Below, one piece after another: positions 1-9,427 of a DNA stretch of 64,000 bases. Made by a program: the position numbers and the translations under genes. The stretch comes from an uncultured delta proteobacterium (GTDB lineage Bacteria; Desulfobacterota; Binatia; UBA9968), in the NCBI GenBank assembly GCA_963840855.1, contig CAWJBB010000055.1, forward strand, positions 12,227 through 76,226, given 5' to 3'. Position 1 is the first letter of the stretch. Each line of letters opens with the position of its first letter. The notes under the pieces are model-generated. The model was not told the origin of the DNA. It made no database searches and saw only the letters and a program-made list of their open reading frames with translations.

Positions 1-190
1 CACGGCCCTGTTGGCCGAGCTGGCCCAGGCGTCGGGTGGGGAGATCAATCCGCGACCGCGCGATATTGCGCAAGAACCAGCGGTTACGAACCGTTTAGAG
101 CCTAAACGCTATCCGCTAATTGCCCTGGCCTTCCTTCTTTTCCTAATTGAGGTGGCTTTGCGAAAGTTTGTCCTCTCTGAAGCCGATTAG
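1..190 (+). CDS. 3' end of a membrane-anchored protein (partial; resembles C-termini of VWA-domain membrane proteins)
   Basis: Frame 2 reads TALLAELAQASGGEINP...YPLIALAFLLFLIEVALRKFVLSEAD* to TAG at 188-190; C-terminal hydrophobic helix followed by basic residues. Confidence 0.55.
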   Translation, partial: TALLAELAQASGGEINPRPRDIAQEPAVTNRLEPKRYPLIALAFLLFLIEVALRKFVLSEAD

Positions 191-254
191 TGCTTAAATA
201 GCCTTTCCTGTCATAACACAGGTCAAAAAGTCGATAGATTATCGGATTTTACGT

Positions 255-283
255 TTGACAGCGGCTAGATAATCGCTTATTAG
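255..283 (+). promoter_or_regulatory. Putative sigma70 promoter for the M23 gene
   Basis: TTGACA (255-260), 17-nt spacer, TATTAG (278-283), upstream of ATG 316. Confidence 0.4.
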
Positions 284-315
284 TGGTAAGATTTTTGCTT
301 CTGAGAGAGTAGCTC

Positions 316-1707
316 ATGAAACCAAGCGCGTGTAACAACATCCGCGTAGCCAGCTGGCGGCGATTGCGATTTTACAATGTAATTAGAACCTTGCTATGGT
401 TCTCGGCCTGTGCCGCGGTGCTGAGCTTGATCCCCTCTAAGTCCCAAGCCGCCAGACAAAAGAGTCTTAAAACTACAACTGTGAAGGGCAAATCCGACAC
501 CCCTCCTGTGCGCAAATTGGCGAAGCCGCCCGTTCCAAGACTGTTTAATAGAGAAAAAACGAATCCAGACATCGAACCTCTGGAAATCCGGGAGCATGTG
601 GTTCATAGAGCCGGGCGGAACGAGACACTGCCGGGAATTCTCAATCAATTCAGACTGTCGCACACCGAAAAACAAACATGGAGTCGATCAATATTGGCCA
701 GTTTCGGCGGGCAACCTCTGCCCAGGGGAAAGGAAGTCCATTTTTATTTTGCCAAGGGTGCAGGGGTGGGGCGCTTCAACTCTCCGGTGCAGTTGACGGC
801 GGTGGAGATGGATCAGAGCGACGCCATGTCCCTGATATGGGAAAAGGACGGCCAGACGATTCTCTTCCAAAGACTTGAAAGACCCTATGACGTTGAAGTT
901 CAAACCGTCAGCGCCCAAATCGAGAGTTCCTTATATGAGGATGGGCGCAAGGCTGGAATAGAACCGGCCTTATTGTCGCAGCTGACCGATATCTTCACCT
1001 GGGACCTGGATCTGGAAAAAGGCCTGGGTAATGGCGATAGCGTCAAGGTTCTTTACGAGAAAAGGACCCGTAAGCTCAAGCAGGCCAAATCGTCCTTGCG
1101 GATCTTGGCTGCTGAACTCGTCAACGCCGGCCAGAAGTTCACAGCGATCTATTTTGAAAAGCAAAAAGGTATGGGCGGGTATTACGATCTGGACGGTAGA
1201 AGCCTCGCCCGCAGCTTTCTGAGATTCCCACTGGAGTTTGCCGATATAACGTCCCATTTTGGTGAGTCGCGGTTTCATCCTATCCTGAAAACTCATGTGC
1301 CTCACACCGGCGTCGATTTTGCGGCCGAAAGAGGCACACCGGTGCGCGCCGTGGGCGACGGAGTAATTGCCCTGGCCGGTTGGCAGGGGCGCTACGGCAA
1401 GGCCATCGACCTGCAACATGACGCCAGGTATATGTCCCGCTATGCTCACCTGCAAAATTTCGCCGATGGAATCCGCAACGGTGTCGAAGTAAAGAAGGGC
1501 CAGATCATCGGTTACGTGGGTTCCACGGGCAGGAGCACCGGCCCCCATCTACATTTTGAACTCTACAAAGACCAGCAATACGTCAACCCGCTCAGCGTCG
1601 ATTTTCCCGCCGAGGATACCATCGAGCCCGGCCTGCTGAGAGTGTTCGACAACCAGAAGCGCACCTATCTCGTGGAACTCTCCGCCGCGCTCCATACTGG
1701 ATCATAA
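316..1707 (+). CDS. M23 family peptidoglycan DD-endopeptidase (MepM-like)
   Basis: HTGVDF and STGRSTGPHLHFE zinc motifs; N-terminal membrane/signal segment. Confidence 0.92.
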   Translation: MKPSACNNIRVASWRRLRFYNVIRTLLWFSACAAVLSLIPSKSQAARQKSLKTTTVKGKSDTPPVRKLAKPPVPRLFNREKTNPDIEPLEIREHVVHRAGRNETLPGILNQFRLSHTEKQTWSRSILASFGGQPLPRGKEVHFYFAKGAGVGRFNSPVQLTAVEMDQSDAMSLIWEKDGQTILFQRLERPYDVEVQTVSAQIESSLYEDGRKAGIEPALLSQLTDIFTWDLDLEKGLGNGDSVKVLYEKRTRKLKQAKSSLRILAAELVNAGQKFTAIYFEKQKGMGGYYDLDGRSLARSFLRFPLEFADITSHFGESRFHPILKTHVPHTGVDFAAERGTPVRAVGDGVIALAGWQGRYGKAIDLQHDARYMSRYAHLQNFADGIRNGVEVKKGQIIGYVGSTGRSTGPHLHFELYKDQQYVNPLSVDFPAEDTIEPGLLRVFDNQKRTYLVELSAALHTGS

Positions 1708-1853
1708 AAGGGGCCGGCGCCCGACACTGCCGGCCGGGTACTTTATTCAACCGGAACTGAGCTGGCTTCTCTTGGTTGGGCATCGCCTCCACTATATTTG
1801 ACTTTTCGGTTATGGGTGGCATCCGCCACGCGCGGCTATCGCCTGGGTGCTTA

Positions 1854-2315
1854 ATGCGCGCTATCACTTTGCTCGCCGCCACCGGCGCAGGGGTAGGATA
1901 CCTGCCGTGGCTGCCTGGAACTTTCGGCACTTGCCTAGCTATTCCCTTTTCCCTCGCCCTCAATCAGCTGGCCACCCAGTCGTTTTACAGCGCCCTCGTT
2001 GCGCTGGCGGGATTCACGGCATTCGCTATCTGGTTGTCAGGCAAAGCCTCAGCGATCCTGGGTCTTAAAGACCCGCAAGTCATCGTGATCGATGAAATCG
2101 CTGGGTTCCTCATCGCCAATTTTCTCAACCAGCCGAAGCTCTCCTCATTGATCCTGGCTTTTATTCTGTTTCGCTTTTTCGATATTGTTAAACCGTTCCC
2201 AGCCGCCAAAGCCGAAAGGCTGCCGGGCGGTTTCGGCATCGTCCTCGACGATGTAGTGGCCGGTTTATATGTTATTGTGACCTTATATATGTTGGCCCGT
2301 TGGAGTTTGGTGTGA
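1854..2315 (+). CDS. pgpA: Phosphatidylglycerophosphatase A
   Basis: PGTFGT, DPQVIVIDE, FRFFDIVKP and GIVLDD motifs; ATG 1854 chosen as start. Confidence 0.93.
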   Translation: MRAITLLAATGAGVGYLPWLPGTFGTCLAIPFSLALNQLATQSFYSALVALAGFTAFAIWLSGKASAILGLKDPQVIVIDEIAGFLIANFLNQPKLSSLILAFILFRFFDIVKPFPAAKAERLPGGFGIVLDDVVAGLYVIVTLYMLARWSLV

Positions 2316-3043
2316 GTGAAACATCGGGGATATCCGGTGCCGCGGTTGAGGCCCTAGGGACCTGGGTGTTTAAGGTCTGCGGCTTGTCTGAGACCGAGTT
2401 GGGCGAGCTATTGGCCCCGGTCGATTTCGGCCGCGACGCCAGGCTCTCCATCATCGCTCGCTATCCGGACTTAACTGTGCGGCTGGCGGTTGATAACGGG
2501 GACGAACAAAAATCGACGCGCCTGCGCGAGCAAGTCCGCGCTATTCTAGGTTCTCACGTTTACGCCGAAGGCGAGCGAACCTTGGAGGAAGTGGTCGGCG
2601 AGTTATTGCTCGCGAGACAACAGACTCTGGCGCTGGCCGAGTCCTGTACCGGCGGCTATATCAGCCATCGCATTACCCGGGTTGCTGGCAGCTCGGCTTA
2701 TTACTTTGGCGGCGCTGTGACCTATTCCAACGAAGCGAAAATGCTTTTCCTCGGCGTCAAATCCGAAACCCTGGAACGACACGGAGCGGTAAGTCGGGAA
2801 ACCGCGTTGGCAATGTCCAAGGGAATAAGAGAGCGAACCGGCGCGAGCATCGGTCTCAGTGTTACCGGCGTCGCCGGTCCGAGCGGCGGGAGCAACGAGA
2901 AACCCGTGGGTACCGTATGGATCAGCATCGCGCGCGAGGCCGATCACGAGGCCCGCCGGTTTCAATTCCGCGGCGAGCGCGAGGGGATTATTTTCGGGAC
3001 CTCGCAGGCGGCGCTGGACTGGCTGCGCCGGTGCCTTCTTTAG
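2312..3043 (+). CDS. cinA: CinA/PncC nicotinamide-mononucleotide deamidase lacking the N-terminal MoCF-like domain
   Basis: AESCTGG, HGAVS and TGVAGPSGG..KPVGTV motifs; GTG overlaps the pgpA TGA. Confidence 0.88.
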   Translation: MSETSGISGAAVEALGTWVFKVCGLSETELGELLAPVDFGRDARLSIIARYPDLTVRLAVDNGDEQKSTRLREQVRAILGSHVYAEGERTLEEVVGELLLARQQTLALAESCTGGYISHRITRVAGSSAYYFGGAVTYSNEAKMLFLGVKSETLERHGAVSRETALAMSKGIRERTGASIGLSVTGVAGPSGGSNEKPVGTVWISIAREADHEARRFQFRGEREGIIFGTSQAALDWLRRCLL

Positions 3044-3055
3044 CAGAAGACGCCG

Positions 3056-3133
3056 GTTCAATGTTCAAAGTTCAAGGTTCAACGTTCGGATTCGGAATCA
3101 CAACCTTTGAACGTTGAACCTTGAACTTTGAAC
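3056..3133. repeat. Inverted arrays of the heptamer GTTCAA(A/G) (repeat family B)
   Basis: gttcaatgttcaaagttcaaggttcaacg followed by tttgaacgttgaaccttgaactttgaac. Confidence 0.85.
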
Positions 3134-3151
3134 TATACCGGGTGAGCAATC

Positions 3152-3715
3152 ATGATACGAGCCTTTGTTGCCATCGAAATCGATCAAGCAATCATCCAGG
3201 GGATTTTTGCAACCACGGATGAATTGAGACAAAAGATCTCGGGCATCCGTTGGACTCCCCAGACCAATTGTCACCTCACGCTGAAGTTCCTCGGCGATGT
3301 CGACGCGGGGCAAATTGAAGCCATCGGCCAAGTGCTTGAGCGCGAGATAAGCCTCTTTCCGCGCTTCACCATAAGTGCTAAAGGTTTAGGAGTATTTCCG
3401 GATGCGACGAGACCGCGCGTCCTGTGGGTCGGTGTCGAAGGCAAACCGTTGGCCGAATTGGCTGAGAGGGTTGAAAAAGCGCTGGTGACGCTTGGTTTTG
3501 CGCGGGAGAAGAGAAAGTTCACGCCCCATTTAACCATCGGCCGGTGGCGGCAGTTCAAGCGCTCGGAAAACAATCTCACGGATGCTCTGGCCAAGTGCCA
3601 AGACCGTGACTTCGGCAGCTCCATCGTGCATGAAGTCGTACTGTTTCAAAGCATCCTGAATCCAAGCGGCGCGGAGTATCGCCGGCTCAAGGCCGCGCTG
3701 CTCTGCGACCCATGA
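3152..3715 (+). CDS. thpR: RNA 2',3'-cyclic phosphodiesterase (2H phosphoesterase)
   Basis: Two HxT motifs ([17 protein letters not shown]), RVLWVG; usual position upstream of recA. Confidence 0.92.
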   Translation: MIRAFVAIEIDQAIIQGIFATTDELRQKISGIRWTPQTNCHLTLKFLGDVDAGQIEAIGQVLEREISLFPRFTISAKGLGVFPDATRPRVLWVGVEGKPLAELAERVEKALVTLGFAREKRKFTPHLTIGRWRQFKRSENNLTDALAKCQDRDFGSSIVHEVVLFQSILNPSGAEYRRLKAALLCDP

Positions 3716-3752
3716 GCGTTTGCTTGACGAAATTCCAAGGAGGCGGACAACT

Positions 3753-4808
3753 ATGGATGTCAATCGGGAAAAAGCCATTGATCTCGCGGTAAGCCAAATC
3801 GAGCGGCAATTCGGCAAAGGGGCCATCATGAAGCTCGGCGAGGGGAGCGTGCCGAAGGACCATCCGGTAATTTCGAGCGGCTCGCTCGGCCTTGACATTG
3901 CTCTCGGCATCGGCGGCGTGCCGCGCGGGCGGGTGATCGAAATTTACGGGCCCGAGTCTTCCGGTAAAACCACACTGGCGCTCCATATCGTAGCGGAAGC
4001 GCAAAAACTTGGAGGCATGGGCGCTTTCATCGATGCTGAGCACGCCCTCGACATCGGCTACGCCAAGAAGCTTGGCGTTAAGACCGACGATCTCCTGATT
4101 TCCCAGCCCGATCATGGCGAGCAGGCCCTTGAAATAGCCGAGACGTTGGTGCGCAGCGGCGCCATCGACGTCCTGGTCATCGACTCGGTAGCCGCGCTGG
4201 TACCCAAAGCCGAAATCGAAGGCGAGATGGGCGACGCTCATATGGGACTCCAAGCGCGGCTCATGTCTCAGGCCCTGCGTAAACTCACGGCGACGATTTC
4301 ACGCTCGAACACCGTGGTCACTTTCATCAATCAGATTCGCATGAAGATCGGCGTCATGTTCGGCAACCCGGAAACCACTACCGGCGGCAACGCGCTCAAA
4401 TTCTACGCTTCGGTGCGGATGGACATCCGGCGCATCGGCGCTCTCAAAGACGGCGATACTATCGTCGGCGGGCGCACGCGGGTGAAGGTCGTCAAAAACA
4501 AAATGGCGCCGCCGTTCAAGGAAGCGGAATTTGATATCCTATACGGCACCGGCATATCCCGCGACGGCGAAATTATCGATCTCGGCAGCGATATGGGCGT
4601 GGTGGAAAAAAGCGGCGCATGGTATTCCTTCGGCGGCGAGCGCATTGGTCAGGGGCGTGAAGCGGCCAAGCAATTCATGAAAGAACATCCGGCTACCGCG
4701 GCCCAAATAATGGCCAAAGTCATGGAAAAGACCGGGCTGAAAAAAGCTGAAGCGCCCGTGCCGGCGGCGGAAAAAAAGGCTCAAGGGAAAGTGCCACAAA
4801 AGGTTTGA
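3753..4808 (+). CDS. recA: Recombinase RecA
   Basis: [35 protein letters not shown]; AGGAGG ribosome-binding site upstream. Confidence 0.99.
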   Translation: MDVNREKAIDLAVSQIERQFGKGAIMKLGEGSVPKDHPVISSGSLGLDIALGIGGVPRGRVIEIYGPESSGKTTLALHIVAEAQKLGGMGAFIDAEHALDIGYAKKLGVKTDDLLISQPDHGEQALEIAETLVRSGAIDVLVIDSVAALVPKAEIEGEMGDAHMGLQARLMSQALRKLTATISRSNTVVTFINQIRMKIGVMFGNPETTTGGNALKFYASVRMDIRRIGALKDGDTIVGGRTRVKVVKNKMAPPFKEAEFDILYGTGISRDGEIIDLGSDMGVVEKSGAWYSFGGERIGQGREAAKQFMKEHPATAAQIMAKVMEKTGLKKAEAPVPAAEKKAQGKVPQKV

Positions 4809-4815
4809 CGCAGTT

Positions 4816-5304
4816 CTGAAACCGCAACGGCCCAGTTCCAAACCGATTAACGCCTCCGGAGAGGCACTCAAGACGGCGCTTCGTTTCCTCGGCCGGCGCG
4901 CGCGCAGCGAAGCGGAAATAACCGAGCATCTAAAACGCAAGGGTTATGCCCCGGCTCTGGCAACGCTGACGCTGGAACAGCTCCGCCGATCGCGCTATGC
5001 CGGCGACGAAGGTTTTGCGCGCGATTGGGCGCGCTCGCGCGCCGATGGTCGCGGTTACGGGCCGCGCAGAATCGAACTGGAACTACGCGCCAAGGGCATC
5101 GATGAGCCGCTCATCCTCGATGCGTTACGCGAAACCTTCGGCGCCAATAACGAGCGTGAAAGGGCCAGGCTAGTTCTGGAGAAACGCTTCCGGCGCGAAA
5201 GGCTCGACGATGGCAAAATCTTGCGGCGCGCCGCGGCTTTCTTGCAGCGCCGCGGCTACAGTAAAACTGTGATTCTAGATCTCTTGCGACAACACGAAGA
5301 TTGA
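4816..5304 (+). CDS. recX: Regulatory protein RecX (missing from the ORF track; probable CTG start)
   Basis: Frame 1: ALRFLGRRARSEAEI..LKRKGY...DEGFARDW...GYGPRRIELELRAKGI...FLQRRGYS; lies between recA and alaS. Confidence 0.9.
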   Translation: MKPQRPSSKPINASGEALKTALRFLGRRARSEAEITEHLKRKGYAPALATLTLEQLRRSRYAGDEGFARDWARSRADGRGYGPRRIELELRAKGIDEPLILDALRETFGANNERERARLVLEKRFRRERLDDGKILRRAAAFLQRRGYSKTVILDLLRQHED

Positions 5305-5311
5305 CAAAGGC

Positions 5312-7948
5312 ATGATGACCGGCAACGACATCCGCAAATCCTTCCTGGACTATTTCATTAAACAAGGCCATACGGCGGTCAAAAGTTCGTCGCTAGTGCC
5401 CGACAAGGATCCGACGCTCTTGTTCACCAACGCCGGCATGGTCCAATTCAAGAACGTGTTCCTCGGCCAGGAGCGGCTACCCTATGTGCGCGCCGCCAGC
5501 TCGCAAAAATGCCTGCGCATCAGCGGCAAGCATAATGACCTGGAAGCGGTGGGAAGGGATACCTACCATCACACGTTTTTCGAGATGCTCGGCAACTGGT
5601 CCTTCGGCGACTATTACAAGGCCGAAGCCATCGAATGGGCGTGGGAGCTGCTCACCAAAGAATGGGGCTTGCCCAAAGATAAGCTCTGGGCCACGGTCTA
5701 TCTGGACGATGATCAGGCGGAGAAGCTGTGGGCTAAAATCAGCGGCCTGCCCATGGAGCGGATTTGCCGCTTCGGTGAGAAAGACAACTTTTGGGAGATG
5801 GGCGAGACCGGTCCATGCGGCCCGTGCAGCGAGATTCACCTCGATCGCGGCCCGCAAGCTTGCGACAAGCAAGGCCGCGCTGGGCATGAATGCCGCGTGA
5901 ATGGCGACTGTGCCCGTTATATCGAGCTCTGGAATTTGGTCTTCATCCAATACAACCGTCGTGAAGACCGCAGTTTATCCGAGCTGCCGGCCAAGCACGT
6001 CGACACCGGCATGGGGCTCGAACGCATTACCGCAGTCTTGCAGAACGTTTTGTCGAACTACGACATCGACTTCATGCGCGCTCTGACTGCCGCCACGGAA
6101 GCATTAACCGGGAGGAAATACGGCGCCGATCCGGCGGCCGATATTTCGTTTCGCGTCATCGACGACCACGCGCGGGCGGTCAGTTTTTTGATCGCCGACG
6201 GCGTTATGCCGAGCAACGAGGGGCGCGGTTACGTGCTGCGCCGGCTCCTCCGCAGAGCGGCGCGCCATGGCAGGTTAATCGGCTTGAAAGAACCGTTCTT
6301 GCACAAGGTCGCAACTACGGTGGCGGCTGTGATGGGAGACGCTTATCCCGAATTGCGCGCTGAGGAACAACGCATCGGCGAAATCATTCGCAGCGAAGAG
6401 GAGCGTTTCGGCGAAACCTTGGATCGCGGCCTTGTGCTGCTCGAAGAAGCCACGGCGAAACTGAAAGCCGCAAAACAGAAAACCTTGCCCGGTGAGGTCG
6501 CCTTTCGGCTTTACGACACCTATGGTTTTCCGCTGGATCTCACCGAAGACATTCTGAGCGGCGAAGACATGGTCGTCGATCAAGCCGGCTTCGGAAAACT
6601 CATGGAGGAGCAAAGAACCCGCGGTCGCGAAGCGCGCGAAGCCACCAGCATGGAATCGAAAATAGTGTTGGACCGCGCAGTGTGTTTCACCGGCTACGAC
6701 CGCTTGGAAGGAGACTCGACGGTACTGGCGATTTACGGCAACGGCGAAGGCAAGCGGGAAGCCGTTGAAGGAGAGGAAATCGAAATTCTGACCGCCGAGA
6801 CGCCTTTTTATGGCGAATCGGGTGGACAGGTGGGTGACCGCGGCACGATCCAAACCTCGCGCGGCGATATTGTCGAAGTTATCGACACCCAACACCCGAC
6901 TCCGCAGCTCATTGCCCACCGGGCGCGAGTCAAGAAGGGGCGCGTTCAGGTTGGCGATAAAGTAGGGTTGTCGGTCGACCCGAAGCACCGGCGACGGACC
7001 ATGCTCAATCATTCGGCGACTCATATTTTGCATGCGGTGCTGCGCCGCGAGTTGGGCGCCCATGTGCGCCAGGCTGGATCGCTGGTGGCGCCAGACCGGT
7101 TGCGCTTCGATTTCCATCACACCGGCGCGATTGCCGATGAAAAGCTCGCTCAGATCGAAGCCCAGGTTAACGGCTACATCCGGGCGGACGCCGACGTGAG
7201 AATCGACGAGATGAACTACCAGGAGGCCATTCGCGCGGGCGCGTTGGCGTTCTTCGGCGACAAATACGGCGATCGGGTGCGCGTCGTCAAGATCGGCGGC
7301 TTTTCCACGGAGCTTTGCGGCGGCACCCATGTCGAGCGTTCGGGAGAAATCGGCCTTTTCAAGCTTCCCTTCGAATCCGGCGTCGCCGCCGGCGTGCGCC
7401 GCGTCGAGGCCTTCACCGGCGAAGGCGCGCTTGAGTTGGTCAGCAGCTACGAGCAGCGGCTCAAGGAAATCGGCGCTCTGGTGCGTGGCAGCGCCGATGA
7501 CGCCGTCGACAAAGTGAAAAAACTACTGGAACGTCAAAGAGAACTGGAAAGGGAAATCGAAAAGCTGCGCGGCCAGTTCGGAAAAGACCAGATTCCTGAG
7601 CTGCTCGATAAAAAGCAGTCGGTGGACGGCATAAATATCTTGGTCAGCCGGGTAGACGGACTGGACGCCAAGCAGTTGCGCGACATGGCGGATCAAATAA
7701 ACGAAAAACTCGGCTCCGGCGTCGTCGTCCTGGCCAGTGCGGGCGAGTCCAATGTCAATCTAGTCGCGTCGGTCAGCAAAGACCTGACAAAAAAATATCA
7801 CGCCGGGAATATTATCAAGGAGCTGGCGCGCATGGTCGGTGGCGGCGGCGGCGGCCGGCCCGATTTCGCGCAAGCCGGCGGCAAAGAGCCGGGCCAGATC
7901 GCCGCCGCTCTAAAGCGCGCCGAGGAGCTCATCCGTCAAGCAAATTAA
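5312..7948 (+). CDS. alaS: Alanine--tRNA ligase
   Basis: LLFTNAGMVQFK, HHTFFEMLGNWSFGDY, NHSATH, ELCGGTHV, GGGGGRPDFAQAGG. Confidence 0.99.
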   Translation: MMTGNDIRKSFLDYFIKQGHTAVKSSSLVPDKDPTLLFTNAGMVQFKNVFLGQERLPYVRAASSQKCLRISGKHNDLEAVGRDTYHHTFFEMLGNWSFGDYYKAEAIEWAWELLTKEWGLPKDKLWATVYLDDDQAEKLWAKISGLPMERICRFGEKDNFWEMGETGPCGPCSEIHLDRGPQACDKQGRAGHECRVNGDCARYIELWNLVFIQYNRREDRSLSELPAKHVDTGMGLERITAVLQNVLSNYDIDFMRALTAATEALTGRKYGADPAADISFRVIDDHARAVSFLIADGVMPSNEGRGYVLRRLLRRAARHGRLIGLKEPFLHKVATTVAAVMGDAYPELRAEEQRIGEIIRSEEERFGETLDRGLVLLEEATAKLKAAKQKTLPGEVAFRLYDTYGFPLDLTEDILSGEDMVVDQAGFGKLMEEQRTRGREAREATSMESKIVLDRAVCFTGYDRLEGDSTVLAIYGNGEGKREAVEGEEIEILTAETPFYGESGGQVGDRGTIQTSRGDIVEVIDTQHPTPQLIAHRARVKKGRVQVGDKVGLSVDPKHRRRTMLNHSATHILHAVLRRELGAHVRQAGSLVAPDRLRFDFHHTGAIADEKLAQIEAQVNGYIRADADVRIDEMNYQEAIRAGALAFFGDKYGDRVRVVKIGGFSTELCGGTHVERSGEIGLFKLPFESGVAAGVRRVEAFTGEGALELVSSYEQRLKEIGALVRGSADDAVDKVKKLLERQRELEREIEKLRGQFGKDQIPELLDKKQSVDGINILVSRVDGLDAKQLRDMADQINEKLGSGVVVLASAGESNVNLVASVSKDLTKKYHAGNIIKELARMVGGGGGGRPDFAQAGGKEPGQIAAALKRAEELIRQAN

Positions 7949-8023
7949 TGAACGCCGATCATCCTTCCGTGATTGATACACTTATATTTTGCATGCGCGC
8001 GCGACGGCGACCCGAACGATTCG

Positions 8024-8140
8024 GTTCAACGTCCAAAGTTCAAGGTTCAACGCCTGCCCTGAGCTTGTCGAACGGGTTCAAGGTTGGGAGATTGAACCCG
8101 AAATCCGAAACATTGAACTTTGAACATTGAACCTTGAACT
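8024..8140. repeat. Family B heptamer inverted array with a nested family C unit (cctgccctgagcttgtcgaacggg)
   Basis: gttcaacgtccaaagttcaaggttcaac ... cattgaactttgaacattgaaccttgaac. Confidence 0.8.
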
Positions 8141-8178
8141 CTAAGCCGGCACCAAAGTGCCGGCACTGGAGAGAGCGA

Positions 8179-9204
8179 GTGAAAGAGGAAAACGAAAAAG
8201 TCACGAGCATTCTCAGCAAAGTTGAAAGCCGCCGCCTGGAGTTCAACGATCCGCGCTTGTTTCGCGATCTGCTCGGTCAGCACGACCAGCATGTCAAGAT
8301 CATCCAGCATACTCTGCAAATTAAAATCCGCGTGCGCGGCTCGGCCGTCGAGATCGAAGGCGACCCGCTGCAAGTGGAGCTGGCGAGCCAAATCATCCGG
8401 CAACTTTATGGGCTGCTGGAAAAGGGTTATCCGGTTTACGCCAGCGACGTCGACTATGCCATCCGGATTTTGAGCGGCGATGGCCGCGCCCGGCTTCAGG
8501 ATATATTCCTCGACACGATTTATATCTCCGCGCATAAGCGCACCATCACGCCGAAAAGTATCGCCCAGAAAGCCTATATCGACGCCATCCGCAAGCACGA
8601 TATCGTATTCGGCATCGGACCGGCGGGAACCGGCAAGACCTATCTCGCCATGGCTATGGCGGTTGCGGAGTTGATGAAGAATAACTGCGTGCGCATTGTT
8701 CTCACCCGCCCCGCGGTGGAGGCCGGGGAGAAGCTCGGCTTTTTGCCGGGCGATCTCGCCGAAAAAGTCAATCCATATTTGCGCCCGCTCTACGATGCGC
8801 TCCACGACATGGTAGATTTCGATCGCGCGCGCAAACTCGTCGAACGCGGCACCATCGAAGTCGCACCCCTCGCCTTCATGCGAGGACGCACGTTGAACGA
8901 TTCTTTTGTGATTCTCGACGAAGCGCAAAACACAACCCCGGAGCAGATGAAAATGTTCCTGACCCGCCTGGGTTACGGTTCCAAGGCGGTGATCACCGGC
9001 GACGCAACTCAGATCGATCTACCGGCGGGCAAACCGTCGGGGCTCAAGGAAGCCTCGCGGATTCTGAAGGGCATCCCCGGCATTCGCTTTGTGACCTTTA
9101 CCGAAAAAGACGTGGCGCGCCATCACCTGGTGCAAGAGATCATCATGGCCTATGAACGGGATGAGGCGCCAGCCGGCGCCGCCGACCGCTTTGAAAAAAC
9201 CTGA
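8179..9204 (+). CDS. phoH: PhoH-family ATPase (YbeZ-like)
   Basis: GPAGTGKT, RPAVEAGEKLGFLPG, RGRTL, DEAQN; GTG start after GGAGAG. Confidence 0.95.
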   Translation: MKEENEKVTSILSKVESRRLEFNDPRLFRDLLGQHDQHVKIIQHTLQIKIRVRGSAVEIEGDPLQVELASQIIRQLYGLLEKGYPVYASDVDYAIRILSGDGRARLQDIFLDTIYISAHKRTITPKSIAQKAYIDAIRKHDIVFGIGPAGTGKTYLAMAMAVAELMKNNCVRIVLTRPAVEAGEKLGFLPGDLAEKVNPYLRPLYDALHDMVDFDRARKLVERGTIEVAPLAFMRGRTLNDSFVILDEAQNTTPEQMKMFLTRLGYGSKAVITGDATQIDLPAGKPSGLKEASRILKGIPGIRFVTFTEKDVARHHLVQEIIMAYERDEAPAGAADRFEKT

Positions 9205-9427
9205 CAATCGTTTTCCCGAGAGCAGCAGCGGCAACGCTTTCTAGCTCCCAGCTCGAAGACCAGCCCCAAGTCAAACCGTTTGCCGGAAACTCCAATTCTA
9301 TAGTAATAAGTTACCGGCGCCGGGCGCCCATATTAGTTTTTAGTCTCGAGTCTAAACTCGAGTTACAGGCGAGACTCTAGACCAAGACCTATGAGGCTTT
9401 TTCAGCATTCCGCCAGGGAGAGAGAGG

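Noticed and set aside
3056-3133. GTTCAA/TTGAAC repeats as a CRISPR array
   Set aside because: Units are 7 bp, tandem and inverted, with no unique spacers, and there are no cas genes in the window.
3700-3752. LexA box upstream of recA
   Set aside because: No recognisable SOS-box palindrome; recA appears operon-internal.
7948-8130. Short ORFs in intergenic gaps (also 23711-23953, 33788-34036, 41420-41713)
   Set aside because: They are translations of repeat DNA (SKVQGS, LSLSNG, FLRELRVLRG), not credible proteins.
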